Positions 37,580 to 48,337 of a DNA stretch of 64,000 nt are shown here, in pieces; position 1 is the first letter of the stretch; every line of letters starts with the position of its first letter. The translations under genes and the position numbers were made by a program. Source of the DNA: Oceanispirochaeta sp. (GTDB lineage: Bacteria > Spirochaetota > Spirochaetia > DSM-2461); contig CAXXXD010000002.1 in assembly GCA_963663385.2 (NCBI GenBank), positions 1,216,001 to 1,280,000 on the forward strand, in the 5' to 3' direction. The notes below the pieces were generated by a model that searched no databases, was not told the origin of the DNA, and worked only from the letters and a program-made list of their open reading frames with translations.

Positions 37580-37649
37580 CTCTTATAATTTTAATTCAAT
37601 AATCTTTCTTTTCAGGCTATACTTTGTTTTAATTAAAGGAGATAAGTGT

Positions 37650-38123
37650 ATGAAGATAGAGACAGCCGGGGGATTCCTGAAAGAGGGCGTATCTCAACAG
37701 GAACTTGTCACAAAGCTGAAAGAGCTGAATGAGGAAAACGACTTTCTGATTCTATCGGATCATAACCTGTATATTCAGTGTGCCCTTTCAGAAGAAGGGT
37801 TTACTGCCGAATACCAGGATACGGAGGGGCATTTCTCTTCAGATTCCGAATTGAGCGCAGATGCCATTGAGAAAATGTTCTCTCTTTATCTGGCCGGGGA
37901 CGGTACCTGGAAGGGTTTAACCGGATGGAACCGGGAAGGGGATTCGACCCAGACAGGTGCAGCCGGTGGCGGCGAAGGGATTACCGGGGACCAAATGCCG
38001 AACTTCTCTCCCGGTAATATCCTTAATTCTGTAAAAAAGCAGGTGGAACGGGAAGTCAGCCGGAGCATTTCCCGAAAGACTTCCGGAATGATCGGCAAAA
38101 TTATCCGGAAGTTTCTCGGCTGA
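37650..38123 (+). CDS. Hypothetical protein
   Basis: AAGGAG RBS, 157 aa ORF. Confidence 0.7.
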   Translation: MKIETAGGFLKEGVSQQELVTKLKELNEENDFLILSDHNLYIQCALSEEGFTAEYQDTEGHFSSDSELSADAIEKMFSLYLAGDGTWKGLTGWNREGDSTQTGAAGGGEGITGDQMPNFSPGNILNSVKKQVEREVSRSISRKTSGMIGKIIRKFLG

Positions 38124-38172
38124 AGGAGCTGGCTGTTTCGACTAAGGGAACACTCTTCTGATAAGAAGGGCT

Positions 38173-39600
38173 TTAGCCTGACTGCCTATTTGGTTCTGTA
38201 AGAGGTTCTTCCCGGCATGTGTATCCTGACTCTGCGGGGATAAACCGGAGATGACGGCTGATGCCCTCGATTCTGTCTTCCCTGTGATGGGTCACATAGA
38301 GCAGGGTCGAATCCGACTGGTAGGCAAACTCTTCCAGCAGCTTCAAAACCTTCAGGCGGTTTCTGTCATCCAGCCCCTGGCAGGGCTCATCCAGAATCAG
38401 CAGGGGAGGATGCTTGATCAGTCCCCGGGCAATCAGCAGAAGCCTCTGTTCTCCATAGGACAGACGTTTTATAGGACGGTCCGCCCTGTCGCTCATCCCG
38501 AGGTAGGCCAGCCATTTATCAGCAAGCGCTCTCTGTAGGGGAGATACCTTATCGTACACACCGATAGAATCGAAAAGTCCCGAAATGATACACATCCTGG
38601 CGGTTAGGGATACCCGGTAATTCAGCTGCAGGGCGGGAGAGATTATCCCGACTTTTTCTTTAATCTCCCAGACCGTCTCACCGGATCCTCTCCTTTTGCC
38701 GAACAGGCTGACTTTATTGCTGTATGCCTGGGAGTTATCCCCGCTGATCAGGTTAAGCAGGGTTGTTTTTCCTGCTCCGTTCGGTCCGCTTATCTGCCAG
38801 TGTTCCCCCTGTTTCACTTCCCAGAAGAGATCATTCAGTATGGTCTTGTCTCCGTACCGGACTGTAACCCCCTCCATATGAACAAGGGACGCGCTGCCTT
38901 TATATCTGACAGAATCAGATGGCGGATCGGGAATAGGCAACCGGTTATTGATCCTGTCCGGATTCTCCTTTTCATAGCGGATCCATTCCTCCCGTGATCC
39001 GGTAAACGCCAGTTGGTGATCCCTGAATACTCCGATATGGCTGTGTTCCTCCAGAATCTCACTCTTTCTGTTGAGAATCATTAAAACCGCATGGCCCTCC
39101 CGGATAAGAGAGACAATCAGTTCTTTCATATCCGCCGCCGCCTCTACATCCAGGCCGTCAAAGGGTTCGTCCAGCATAAGAAGGGTCGGTTCGGCCAATA
39201 CCGCTCTGTAGATTAGCGCCCGCCGCATCTCTCCGGTGGAAAGGGTTCTGATCCCCTGGTTCAGAAGATCACCGTATCCTTCACTTACTTTAAAGGGAAG
39301 AGCTGAAATCTCATTGGATTCCAGTCCCAGAAAACGGTACAAGGGAGTTCCCGTATCAATCCTTCCCAGGAATTCCGAATCATCCTGATGGATCTGTTCT
39401 TCCAGTATCCGCTCCAGATTTTCAAACGAGACACTCCGGGCCTCTTTGCCGGCTTTCTCTTCCAGCAGCTCCAGAAAGCGTGTCTTTCCTGAGCCGTTTT
39501 CTCCCAGAATGACCCATTTTTCGCCTTTCTTCCATGTCCAGTTTATATTTGTCCCCTTTTGAAGGGGTTCATTTTCCAGTTTAAGAATGATGTTATCCAT
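38173..39600 (-). CDS. modF: ModF-like ABC ATPase with duplicated ATP-binding domains
   Basis: GENGSGKT, LSTGEMR, LDEPFDGLD; GPNGAGKTT, GSGETVWEIK, LSYGEQR, LDEPCQGLD. Confidence 0.85.
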   Translation of the reverse strand: MDNIILKLENEPLQKGTNINWTWKKGEKWVILGENGSGKTRFLELLEEKAGKEARSVSFENLERILEEQIHQDDSEFLGRIDTGTPLYRFLGLESNEISALPFKVSEGYGDLLNQGIRTLSTGEMRRALIYRAVLAEPTLLMLDEPFDGLDVEAAADMKELIVSLIREGHAVLMILNRKSEILEEHSHIGVFRDHQLAFTGSREEWIRYEKENPDRINNRLPIPDPPSDSVRYKGSASLVHMEGVTVRYGDKTILNDLFWEVKQGEHWQISGPNGAGKTTLLNLISGDNSQAYSNKVSLFGKRRGSGETVWEIKEKVGIISPALQLNYRVSLTARMCIISGLFDSIGVYDKVSPLQRALADKWLAYLGMSDRADRPIKRLSYGEQRLLLIARGLIKHPPLLILDEPCQGLDDRNRLKVLKLLEEFAYQSDSTLLYVTHHREDRIEGISRHLRFIPAESGYTCREEPLTEPNRQSG

Positions 39601-39687
39601 AATTCAGGAGTTTAGCACCTCCTTATCTTTTATGAGAATACGGAGGTGCTGGATTTTCCGGGAAATGGGAGATATAGTTTGAAGAAC

Positions 39688-40656
39688 ATGAAAAGAACCT
39701 TTTGTTTACTGTTTTTAACCTTCCTGCTTGTTGTTGATCTCACTGCTCTTCAGGCTGATCCGGGAGCGGATCTCTCCGGAGATAAACTGTCAGGCTTTTC
39801 TGTGGCTCCTGTCGTTTCATGGTTAAACGGACGCAGTATAGAGCTGGTAATGAATAATTCTTCTGCCGATCAGCGCTACACGAGCAAGCTGAACTGGGAA
39901 CTGAATCATATCTGCCTGGCCGGGGCCAAGGGTTCTTTAAATCTGGGGAATTATCTCTATTTTAATTTTGCCGCTCTGACCGCCCTGAACAGCGGGACCG
40001 GCGAGATGAACGATTACGACTGGTTATACTCCACCTATCCCCAGGCTGACACTACAACATGGACGAACTGGTCTCAGAGCGATACCTATCTTTTGAATTC
40101 CTACCAGATCGATTACAATACATCCCTCCGTTTTTTTCGCAGGCAGGGCTGGAATCTGGATCTGTTTTTTGGATTCCAGATATTTCAGTGGGCCTGGACT
40201 GATGAGTTGACGGACATTGATTACCCGTACTCGTCTTCAAATTACAGTGACCTGATTGGGGAGAACGGGATCGATTACGATATTCAGTACCGCATTCCCT
40301 ACCTGGGTACCGGGTTTTCCTGGAACCATGGTCCTGCCGGCGCGGGATTATCTCTCCGGTACAGCTGGAAGGTGAGTGCCGATGACCATGATTATCATAA
40401 ATTCCGGGATATTCACTTCTATGACTATTTTGAGGACGGGCAGTACCTGGGTCTTTCCGCTTACTGGCGCTGTGACTGGGGAGAAAGCCTGTCTTTCTCT
40501 TTAAGCTATGACTGGGATGAAGTCTTCGAAGTAGGGGGAGATACCCATATTGTTGAAGAGTCTTCCTTCGGCAGAAGCTACAGTTACGACCCCGGCGGAG
40601 CGGGGATCGCTTATTTTGCTTCTTCCCTGAGTGCAGCGCTGGAATACAACTACTGA
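39688..40656 (+). CDS. Omptin family outer-membrane protease
   Basis: Signal peptide, E.V, SKLNW, MNDYDW, D.HDYH..R, C-terminal aromatic (YNY). Confidence 0.8.
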   Translation: MKRTFCLLFLTFLLVVDLTALQADPGADLSGDKLSGFSVAPVVSWLNGRSIELVMNNSSADQRYTSKLNWELNHICLAGAKGSLNLGNYLYFNFAALTALNSGTGEMNDYDWLYSTYPQADTTTWTNWSQSDTYLLNSYQIDYNTSLRFFRRQGWNLDLFFGFQIFQWAWTDELTDIDYPYSSSNYSDLIGENGIDYDIQYRIPYLGTGFSWNHGPAGAGLSLRYSWKVSADDHDYHKFRDIHFYDYFEDGQYLGLSAYWRCDWGESLSFSLSYDWDEVFEVGGDTHIVEESSFGRSYSYDPGGAGIAYFASSLSAALEYNY

Positions 40657-41354
40657 ATCAGTTCGGGGTAGTCTGAAAAGAAGCCGTCCACTCCGCATCG
40701 GCCGACCAGCTCCGCCGCGTCGGGGCTGTTGACGGTGTAGCACATAACTTTCCATCCCTCTGCATGAGCTTTGTCCACATACTCTTTCGTAAGGTAGGAA
40801 GCTTCCGGGTGAAGGCTGTAGGGATTTAACCCTGTTGATTTGACATAGGAGGTAAAATCAATCATATCGCTTCCCGTCAAAATCCCTATTTTCATCTCCG
40901 GATCCCTTTCCCTGACCTCTTTAAGGCAGTTGTGGTTAAAGGATGAGATGAGAATGTCTCTCCCCCCCTCCTGCTCAAGCATGTCCAGTACAATCCGGGT
41001 TGTGGGTTCCTGAAACAGGGAGATGGATTTCACTTCAATATTCAGACAGACATCCCGGGGAATTAAAGCCAGAACATCCTCCAGTGCCGGTATCCCGGTT
41101 CCCCTGAAATCATTTCCAAACCAGCTCCCTGCATCCAGTTTGCTGATCTCCTTCCACTCCAGACTGCGGACCATTCCCGAGGCTTCGGTTGTTTTGTTCA
41201 GAAAAAAATCATGGATAACCACAGGTATTCCGTCTGCGGAGAGCTGTACATCCAGTTCTATACCCCGGGCCCCCATTTCGAGCGCTTTTTTGAAAGAGGG
41301 AATGGTGTTTTCAGGAGCATGTGCTGATGCTCCTCTATGTGCATAAAGAGTCAT
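40650..41354 (-). CDS. Glycerophosphodiester phosphodiesterase
   Basis: AHRGAS..APENT, IELDV, VIHD, NIEVK, ISSFN, YTVN, SDYP. Confidence 0.93.
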   Translation of the reverse strand: MTLYAHRGASAHAPENTIPSFKKALEMGARGIELDVQLSADGIPVVIHDFFLNKTTEASGMVRSLEWKEISKLDAGSWFGNDFRGTGIPALEDVLALIPRDVCLNIEVKSISLFQEPTTRIVLDMLEQEGGRDILISSFNHNCLKEVRERDPEMKIGILTGSDMIDFTSYVKSTGLNPYSLHPEASYLTKEYVDKAHAEGWKVMCYTVNSPDAAELVGRCGVDGFFSDYPELIQ

Positions 41355-41382
41355 GGTGTTTTCCTTTATTGTATTGATTCAG

Positions 41383-43143
41383 TCACTGGCAGAAATCATT
41401 GATCTGCTTTTTTATCATATTAAGGCTTCCCTGCCAGAATGCTTTATCCCTGATATTCAGTCCCGCAGCTGCGGCGCACTCTTCGGCAGAGGCCTTTCCT
41501 GTCATGGTCAGTACTTTTCTGTACAGGGGTTCAAAGTCGGATCCCATCTGTTCATAGAGGCTGTACAGACCCCATCCGAAAAGCAGCCCGAAAGCATAGG
41601 GGAAGTTGTAAAATCCCAGATCCTGACTGTAGTAGTGACCTTTCACCGCCCACATCCAGGGGTGCCGTTCTTCCGGATTCAGGGCATCCCCGTACGTCGC
41701 ATCCTGTGCCCGTAGCATCATGTCTTTCAGTTCCTCTGCGGGAATCTCGCCTTTCCCTCTTTTCTCCATCAACTCTTTTTCAAAAAGGAAGCGGGACAGA
41801 ATATCCGTGATTACCTGATTGGAATCGCTTAAGGTGCTTTCCAGTAGTCCTTCTTTTTCCGATGGTGCAGCCTTGGCGTAATAGGCCTGAAACACCAGGA
41901 TTTCCGAGAATATGGAGGCCGTCTCAGCCAGAGTCATGGGGTAGTCCCGATGCAGACCGGGGGCTTTTTTCAGAACCTCATGATGCCAGCCGTGTCCCAG
42001 TTCATGAGCTATGGTGGATACATCCGTAAAAGCACCGTCGAAGTTGGTCAGTATCCGGCTTTCCTCCTGCAAAGGAAAGCTTATACAGTACGCGCCGCCT
42101 ACTTTTCCATCCCTGGGGGGAGCGTCAATCCACCCGCCTTCGTAGGCTTTCCGGGCAAAATCGGAGTAGCTCCGGCTGAGAGATCCGAAATTTTCAATAA
42201 TAAAGTTCCGGGACTCCTCCCAGCTCCACTGCCTGGCATCGGAGCTCATGGGGGCTATAATGTCATACCAGGACAGTGATTCAAGATCCATCTTTCGGGC
42301 TTTTGATTTCATATAGCGGCGAAAGTCGGGAAGGCTGTCCTTCATGCTTTCGATCATGGCCTCCAGGGTTTCCGGGGCGATTCGTGCCTGAATGGTGGAG
42401 CGCTGCAGGGCGGATGTATACCCGCGGCGGGAGTTTATGGTATGGGCAAACCCCTTTACCCCGTTCAGGGCTGCCGCAAAGGAGGTTTCCGCAGACTCCC
42501 AGCACTTCAGCTCTGCCTGCCAGGCTTTCTTCCGGATATTCCGGTCCGGGTTGCTGCCCATCAGGCGCAGCTGTGTAACCGTTTTCCACTCTCCCTCTTC
42601 CCATTCTGTTTTCAGAGAGGAAGACAGGACTTCCTGAAGCCTTCCCCAGGCAGAGCCCCCCGACCGGGACAGGTCCGCAGCCAGATCCTCTTCGGCGGGA
42701 GACATCTGGTACTTCTGCTCTTCCAGGCTCTTCTCAAGAAAAAAAGTGAAATCCTTCAGTACAGGAGATTCTTTCCAGTCCTCCATTTCTGTTCCGCTTT
42801 CCGCCAATCTGTTATTAAACAGTACCATAGCCTGTTTCAGAGGGAGAGCCGCCTCTTCCAGGCGGTTCAGTTCGTTTATTGCTCTATTGTCATCTGTTTT
42901 TGTGGAATACCGGCAGTAGGTGTAGGATTCCAGGTTCTCATAAAGGTCAAAGGCCCTGTTGATCACGGGCAGAAGCGATTCCAGAGAGAAAACGGGGGAG
43001 TCTTTCCACAGAAAATCCTTCTGCAGGGTTTCTGTTGCAAGCCTGGTTTGCTCTTTCAGTTCCATAAAGTCATTATTAAAGGAAGTACATTCAAAATCCT
43101 CATACATGGAAAGTCGCCATTGGGACGGTTCCTGTCTATTCAT
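41383..43143 (-). CDS. M3 family oligoendopeptidase (PepF-like)
   Basis: GKVGGAYC, AHELGHGWH, LAETASIF.E, FYNFPYAFG. Confidence 0.93.
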   Translation of the reverse strand: MNRQEPSQWRLSMYEDFECTSFNNDFMELKEQTRLATETLQKDFLWKDSPVFSLESLLPVINRAFDLYENLESYTYCRYSTKTDDNRAINELNRLEEAALPLKQAMVLFNNRLAESGTEMEDWKESPVLKDFTFFLEKSLEEQKYQMSPAEEDLAADLSRSGGSAWGRLQEVLSSSLKTEWEEGEWKTVTQLRLMGSNPDRNIRKKAWQAELKCWESAETSFAAALNGVKGFAHTINSRRGYTSALQRSTIQARIAPETLEAMIESMKDSLPDFRRYMKSKARKMDLESLSWYDIIAPMSSDARQWSWEESRNFIIENFGSLSRSYSDFARKAYEGGWIDAPPRDGKVGGAYCISFPLQEESRILTNFDGAFTDVSTIAHELGHGWHHEVLKKAPGLHRDYPMTLAETASIFSEILVFQAYYAKAAPSEKEGLLESTLSDSNQVITDILSRFLFEKELMEKRGKGEIPAEELKDMMLRAQDATYGDALNPEERHPWMWAVKGHYYSQDLGFYNFPYAFGLLFGWGLYSLYEQMGSDFEPLYRKVLTMTGKASAEECAAAAGLNIRDKAFWQGSLNMIKKQINDFCQ

Positions 43144-43419
43144 TTTTATCTCCTATCTCCTGTTGGAGCAGTTGCGTTATCCTGTCAATAAAATCCGGAT
43201 CTTCGATCAGGATATATTCCTGGTTATCATGACTTACATCCTGACAAAAAGGGTTCCTTTTCACAAGTGTCTTTTGCTTTTTCCAAAGGGGCGGTTTACA
43301 CTTTTTTCTATATTAATTTGACAACTTGCCAAACTATTATTATTTTGTTATATATTAAAAATAATATATTAAGAAGTCTTTCGGGTAATGCCGTTAAAGA
43401 TAAAACAAGGAGGCCTGAT

Positions 43420-43776
43420 ATGGCTGAACATTTGACAAAGCAGGATTTTCTGAACAAGGTTTTTGATTTCGAGAATGAAAAAGAATGGAATTTCAAGGGG
43501 GATCTTCCCTGTATCATCGATTTTTATGCGGACTGGTGCGGTCCCTGTAAAATGGTGGCTCCCGTTCTGGATGAGCTTTCGGAAGAATTTACCGGTAAAA
43601 TGAATGTATATAAGGTAAATACGGAATCCGAACAGGAACTGGCGGGAGCCTTCGGTATTCAGAGTATACCTTCTCTTCTTTTCATACCCAAGGACGGAAA
43701 GCCCCAGATGGCTCAGGGCGCTCTTCCCAAAGACGGATTTCTTTCGGCCATGAAAGACGTTCTGGGTGTCGAATAA
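43420..43776 (+). CDS. trxA: Thioredoxin
   Basis: DFYADWCGPCK; AGGAGG RBS before ATG 43420. Confidence 0.95.
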   Translation: MAEHLTKQDFLNKVFDFENEKEWNFKGDLPCIIDFYADWCGPCKMVAPVLDELSEEFTGKMNVYKVNTESEQELAGAFGIQSIPSLLFIPKDGKPQMAQGALPKDGFLSAMKDVLGVE

Positions 43777-43831
43777 GCAAAAAAGCTAAAAACAGTTTTC
43801 TTTTAGCGGCCTTTAATGGATAATTATATTT

Positions 43832-46237
43832 ATGAAAGGTCGTTTTGTTTTAGTTTTTCTGCTGATCTCCCAGTATGCGTTCGGACAGGAGACCTATCCT
43901 TCTTCAGAGGAATGCCTAAATCTGATGCGGAAGGGAACGGTTTATGAGGTCGACTCCTTTTTGGTGAAGTATGAAGGGGAAACCCTTCTGGAAGGGGGAC
44001 TGGATGCCTGCCTGTATGAAGCGGCATTCTGGAATAGCGATCCTTCTGTTCTGGACTCTCTTTACTCAAGGGGGGCCGATCCCGACTCCCGTCAGGATTT
44101 CGAGCGGACTCCTCTGATGGCAGCAGCCAGGCATAACAGATCTCCTGTTGTAGAAAAACTGCTGGAACTTGGGGCTGATCCCGATCTGCAGGATCGAAAC
44201 GGGCAGACGGCGCTTCATTTCGCGGCAGCATTTGATAAAGAGGGAGATAATGTGCTTGCTCTCCTTCTCCGGAATGCTCCCTGTGGTATAAGGGATAATA
44301 CAGGAAGAACCCCTCTGGAACTGGCTCTGCTCAGAAGGCTATACAACCCGGCCAGACACCTGATTAAAACATCCTGTTACGCAGACCTGAACACCCTCCT
44401 TCCCTCCGGAAATTCGCTATATTCTCTTGTTTTCAGGATTGAGGAGACAGGACCGCGTGTCCTGCTGACAAATCTTCTTTTTCATCAGGGCGCTTCTCTG
44501 AATCTCCGAAACGGAGATGGATTAACACCTCTGGAAGAGGCGGAATCACTTGGTTTATCCCAGATTGTCCATGAGCTGGGCATTCTTAAGCAGAACCTGC
44601 AGGAGGACCTGTTTCTGGAGCTGCAGCTGTTTACGGATTCGGAACCTTCCTATGTAAGGGTCAAAGGCTTATTGGACCGGGGAGCCGATCCCCTTGGTTT
44701 GAACCGGGATAAACTGACGCCCTGTCAATTGGCCGTAATAGGGGGATATCCCGAAATACTCGCTTTGCTTATAACCTATCTGGACGGAAGGGCTCCCTTT
44801 GAATCCGGACTGCAGGATTTTAATGCGAATATGCCCTTTTTTGCGCTCTCTCATCCTCCGGAAACGGCCTATACCCTTATGCAAATCCTGCTGAATGAAG
44901 GGTATTCTCCCGATCTGACGGATCCTGACGGGAATCCCCTTGTAACAGAGAGCCTGTACAGTTCCCTGAACGTAACGGAAATGCTTCTAGAAGCCGGAGC
45001 CGATGCCAATGTCCGGGACAGTTACGGTGTTACGCCCCTTATGCGGGCGGGTTCTCTGGAATACGGATCGGAAGCTCTGGAACTGCTGATGGATTACGGC
45101 GCGGATATTGAGGCCGAGGATAAGGATGGATGGGATGTCCTTTTTTATACGGTCCTGTTTGGAGGAAACAGGGACGCCATACAGACCCTGATAGACAGGG
45201 GGGCTGATACGAATGCCCGTGACGGGTATGGATCCGGTATTATCCTGTGGGCTTCAGCCTATAATACGGATCCTTCCCTTCTTGCCTTTCTGGCCGGGAA
45301 GGGCGCCTCACTCGACAGCCGGGATAAGGACGGCTGGATACCTCTGATGGCAGCATTGAACTGGGGAAATGTTCCGGAAGTTGTGGAGTATCTCATTGAA
45401 CACACCCGGGACGGGAGGATTAAAGACGGAGCCGGCCGCTCTCTGAATACCGTTATAGAAATGTACTGTGAAAAAACAGACGGCGATGTGATGGCGTCTC
45501 TGGAATCCCTCTACCGGCGGCGGGTGTATCCGCCGGATAGCATCCCTTATGCCGATCTGGATCTGGCCCTGCATGAAACAGCGGAATGGGGCCGGGACCC
45601 CGCTATGGTGAGAACTCTTCTCGATGCGGGAGCCCATATGGGCTCAACAGATGAAAACGGCTGGACGGCTTTAATGAAAGCGTCTGCCTACAACAGCCCT
45701 TCCATGGTTGCGGCCTTCCTGGATGCAGGCAGTGATCCCCTCTATGCCGATGAACAGGGCTGGACGGCTCTGCATACGGCCTCCTGGTCGGATTTTCCCG
45801 AAACGGTTGATCTTCTTCTTGAGGGAGGGGGGGATGTCAACTTCAGAGACCGGGATGGCTGGACACCTTTTCATTGGGCCTCCCGGAATCAGGCACCTCT
45901 AGCGTCCCTGGAAAAGCTTATAAACGCCGGAGCAGATAAAGCCGCCCTGACAAAACGGGGAGAAAGCCCCCTTTTTCTGATGGCATCGGGATGGGTGGAA
46001 CCGGAAGCAGGGATCATTGAGCTGCTCCTGGAAGAGGACAGAGACGCGGATCAGGCGGATGACGATGGGGTGACGCCCCTGATGAAAGCGTCTGTTCTGG
46101 GCTATGAGGAAGCCGTAAGGGCTCTATTGGAGGCCGGCGCCGATCCCTACCGGGAGGACTCCTTCGGAAACAATGCTGTTGAGTATGCCGAATCGGAAAA
46201 TCTGGATAATATTGTCAATATCCTGAGAACCTATTGA
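43832..46237 (+). CDS. Exported ankyrin-repeat protein
   Basis: Signal peptide; many G.TPL..A / LL..GAD.N.RD units. Confidence 0.9.
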   Translation: MKGRFVLVFLLISQYAFGQETYPSSEECLNLMRKGTVYEVDSFLVKYEGETLLEGGLDACLYEAAFWNSDPSVLDSLYSRGADPDSRQDFERTPLMAAARHNRSPVVEKLLELGADPDLQDRNGQTALHFAAAFDKEGDNVLALLLRNAPCGIRDNTGRTPLELALLRRLYNPARHLIKTSCYADLNTLLPSGNSLYSLVFRIEETGPRVLLTNLLFHQGASLNLRNGDGLTPLEEAESLGLSQIVHELGILKQNLQEDLFLELQLFTDSEPSYVRVKGLLDRGADPLGLNRDKLTPCQLAVIGGYPEILALLITYLDGRAPFESGLQDFNANMPFFALSHPPETAYTLMQILLNEGYSPDLTDPDGNPLVTESLYSSLNVTEMLLEAGADANVRDSYGVTPLMRAGSLEYGSEALELLMDYGADIEAEDKDGWDVLFYTVLFGGNRDAIQTLIDRGADTNARDGYGSGIILWASAYNTDPSLLAFLAGKGASLDSRDKDGWIPLMAALNWGNVPEVVEYLIEHTRDGRIKDGAGRSLNTVIEMYCEKTDGDVMASLESLYRRRVYPPDSIPYADLDLALHETAEWGRDPAMVRTLLDAGAHMGSTDENGWTALMKASAYNSPSMVAAFLDAGSDPLYADEQGWTALHTASWSDFPETVDLLLEGGGDVNFRDRDGWTPFHWASRNQAPLASLEKLINAGADKAALTKRGESPLFLMASGWVEPEAGIIELLLEEDRDADQADDDGVTPLMKASVLGYEEAVRALLEAGADPYREDSFGNNAVEYAESENLDNIVNILRTY

Positions 46238-46270
46238 TCCGGCCAGGGGGGATCCTCTGTCGTTTATTAA

Positions 46271-47257
46271 TTACTTTCTGCACTCTTTCCTTAACTGGTG
46301 GATCAAGGCAAGAGATTTCACACCATCCTTGTAGGAGGAAACAGCAGATGCTTCCGGGTCCCTGCAGAGTTTTACCGCATCCTGAAGCATCCCGGAAAAG
46401 TAGGCTGTCTTTCCTATGGGATCAACCGGCACAGGGTAAAGGGAGCGCATATTTTCATAGAATGTGGAAGGACGGCTCTCCCACTCTTCGTATATACCGT
46501 TTCCTATGCGGATCCTTCCTTCCGTAAAGGACAGTTCCAGTTCAAAAACCAGATGGTCCCTCGAATTCCCGAACTCACAGAACACAGAAACCTCTCCGCT
46601 CTCGGCTTCGGCATGCAGACTGTGCCCGGCCCCCGAGGGTTTCAGTACTCTGAGGTTTGTCAGGGGGACTCCGGTTAGAAAGGGGATTATATCCAGCATG
46701 TGAGTCCCGTCATGAAGGAGGATGCTTTTTACCGGGTGTTTCATCCCCATATAGAGCCTTCCGCTGACAGAGAGCAGGTCACCATAGGTCCTATTTCCTA
46801 TATGCTTCCGGACACGGAGGTAGTCGGCGGAATAACGCCTTTCATGGTTTACCACAACACGTGTCAGGCCCAGCTTGTTCTCCATTTTTCTGGCCCGGCG
46901 GAGGCTGTCGCTGACAGGTTTTTCCAGAATAACAACAGGAACTTTCGCTTTGACGGCCAGCGCAAGGTATTCCAGATGGGAATCCTCATGAGTCGCTATG
47001 TGCAGTATATCCGGCTTTTTTTCTTTAAGCAGGGAGGGGGCGTCGGAAAAGAGATCTTTTTCCCTATCCAGGTTCCACTGTCTGGCAAATTCCGTGCGGG
47101 CTTCCAGGCTTATGTCAAACCCGCCGCAGATTTCCGTATCAGGGCAGGCATAAACGGCCCCTGCATGGGAGGCCGGTTTCTCCCGGAGCGTATCGTTTTC
47201 CAGGGTGGAGGCAATCCGGCCCAGCCCGATAAGGGCGCATTGAATTTTCTGGCTCAT
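46271..47257 (-). CDS. Gfo/Idh/MocA family oxidoreductase
   Basis: IGLGRIA, EKP, VNHERRY, HDGTHMLD. Confidence 0.88.
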   Translation of the reverse strand: MSQKIQCALIGLGRIASTLENDTLREKPASHAGAVYACPDTEICGGFDISLEARTEFARQWNLDREKDLFSDAPSLLKEKKPDILHIATHEDSHLEYLALAVKAKVPVVILEKPVSDSLRRARKMENKLGLTRVVVNHERRYSADYLRVRKHIGNRTYGDLLSVSGRLYMGMKHPVKSILLHDGTHMLDIIPFLTGVPLTNLRVLKPSGAGHSLHAEAESGEVSVFCEFGNSRDHLVFELELSFTEGRIRIGNGIYEEWESRPSTFYENMRSLYPVPVDPIGKTAYFSGMLQDAVKLCRDPEASAVSSYKDGVKSLALIHQLRKECRK

Positions 47258-47333
47258 CCTTTCATTTTCGGGAGAAAACTGTCCCTACTCAAGGCATCTT
47301 CCTATTCCACGTTTTCCCGGTTATGCTTAACCC

Positions 47334-48317
47334 ATGAATGAAAAAGCTATCCCCGATTTTCAGGACCTTACTCCGGACAGGATTATCCATGCCGTGGAAT
47401 CCCACAGTGAATTAAAACTGACCGGACTGACCAGTCCGCTTCCCAGTTATATTAACAGGGTCTATGAGCTGCAGACGGAAGAGGGAGAACGCTATGTTGT
47501 AAAATTCTACCGCCCGGGCCGCTGGACTCCGGAGGCTCTTGCGGAAGAGCATGATTTTATGGAGGACTGCTATGATATGGATATTCCCGTGGCAGTTCCG
47601 GAAATCCTGAAAAGCAATGACACACTGGGCTGTACGGAAGAGGGAATCTACTTTGCGCTTTTTCCAAAAATGGGCGGTCGTCTCTGGGAATTCCGGGGAG
47701 ATGAGGAACAGTGGTTTCGTCTGGGGCAGCTTCTGGGGCGGATGCATACCGCCGGAGCCAGGGAGAAAGCGGTCCACAGACCTGTGTTGTCACCGGATGG
47801 AACTTTTTTAAGGGACAGCCATGAAATCCTGGAGAAGGGCTGGGTTACATCTTCCTATCGAAAGGATTTTGAGAAAATCACGACAGGAATTCATGATCTG
47901 ATTACCCCTCTTCTGAAAGATGAACCCCTGCTGCGGATCCACGGGGATTTTCACTGTGGAAATATCCTTGACCGGATGGAGGAGGGGCTGATGCTGATCG
48001 ATTTTGACGATATGGCGACCGGCCCGGCTGCTCAGGATATCTGGCTGCTCCTCCCCGGTTCGGCTGCCGAATGCCGCAGAGAGTTTTTTATGTTTCTGGA
48101 CGGTTATCAGGAGTTCCGCTTTATCTTTCCCGATGTGATCCGGCAGATTGAGCCCCTCCGGGCTATGCGGATGGTATACTACATGGCCTGGTGCGGCCGG
48201 CAGAAGGATGATTACCGTTTCCGTCACAACTTTCCCGACTGGGGAAGTGATTCTTTCTGGGAAAGGGAGATCCGGGATCTGAGGAACCAGATGCAGGAGA
48301 TCCTGGATTTTGAATAA
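47334..48317 (+). CDS. srkA: Stress-response Ser/Thr kinase (SrkA/RdoA/YihE)
   Basis: SYINRVY, KFYRPGRW...EEH.F, HGDFHCGN, DFDD...GPA.QD.W, IEPLRAMR. Confidence 0.9.
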   Translation: MNEKAIPDFQDLTPDRIIHAVESHSELKLTGLTSPLPSYINRVYELQTEEGERYVVKFYRPGRWTPEALAEEHDFMEDCYDMDIPVAVPEILKSNDTLGCTEEGIYFALFPKMGGRLWEFRGDEEQWFRLGQLLGRMHTAGAREKAVHRPVLSPDGTFLRDSHEILEKGWVTSSYRKDFEKITTGIHDLITPLLKDEPLLRIHGDFHCGNILDRMEEGLMLIDFDDMATGPAAQDIWLLLPGSAAECRREFFMFLDGYQEFRFIFPDVIRQIEPLRAMRMVYYMAWCGRQKDDYRFRHNFPDWGSDSFWEREIRDLRNQMQEILDFE

Positions 48318-48337
48318 ACCCGGCTGAAAGTGAAAAA

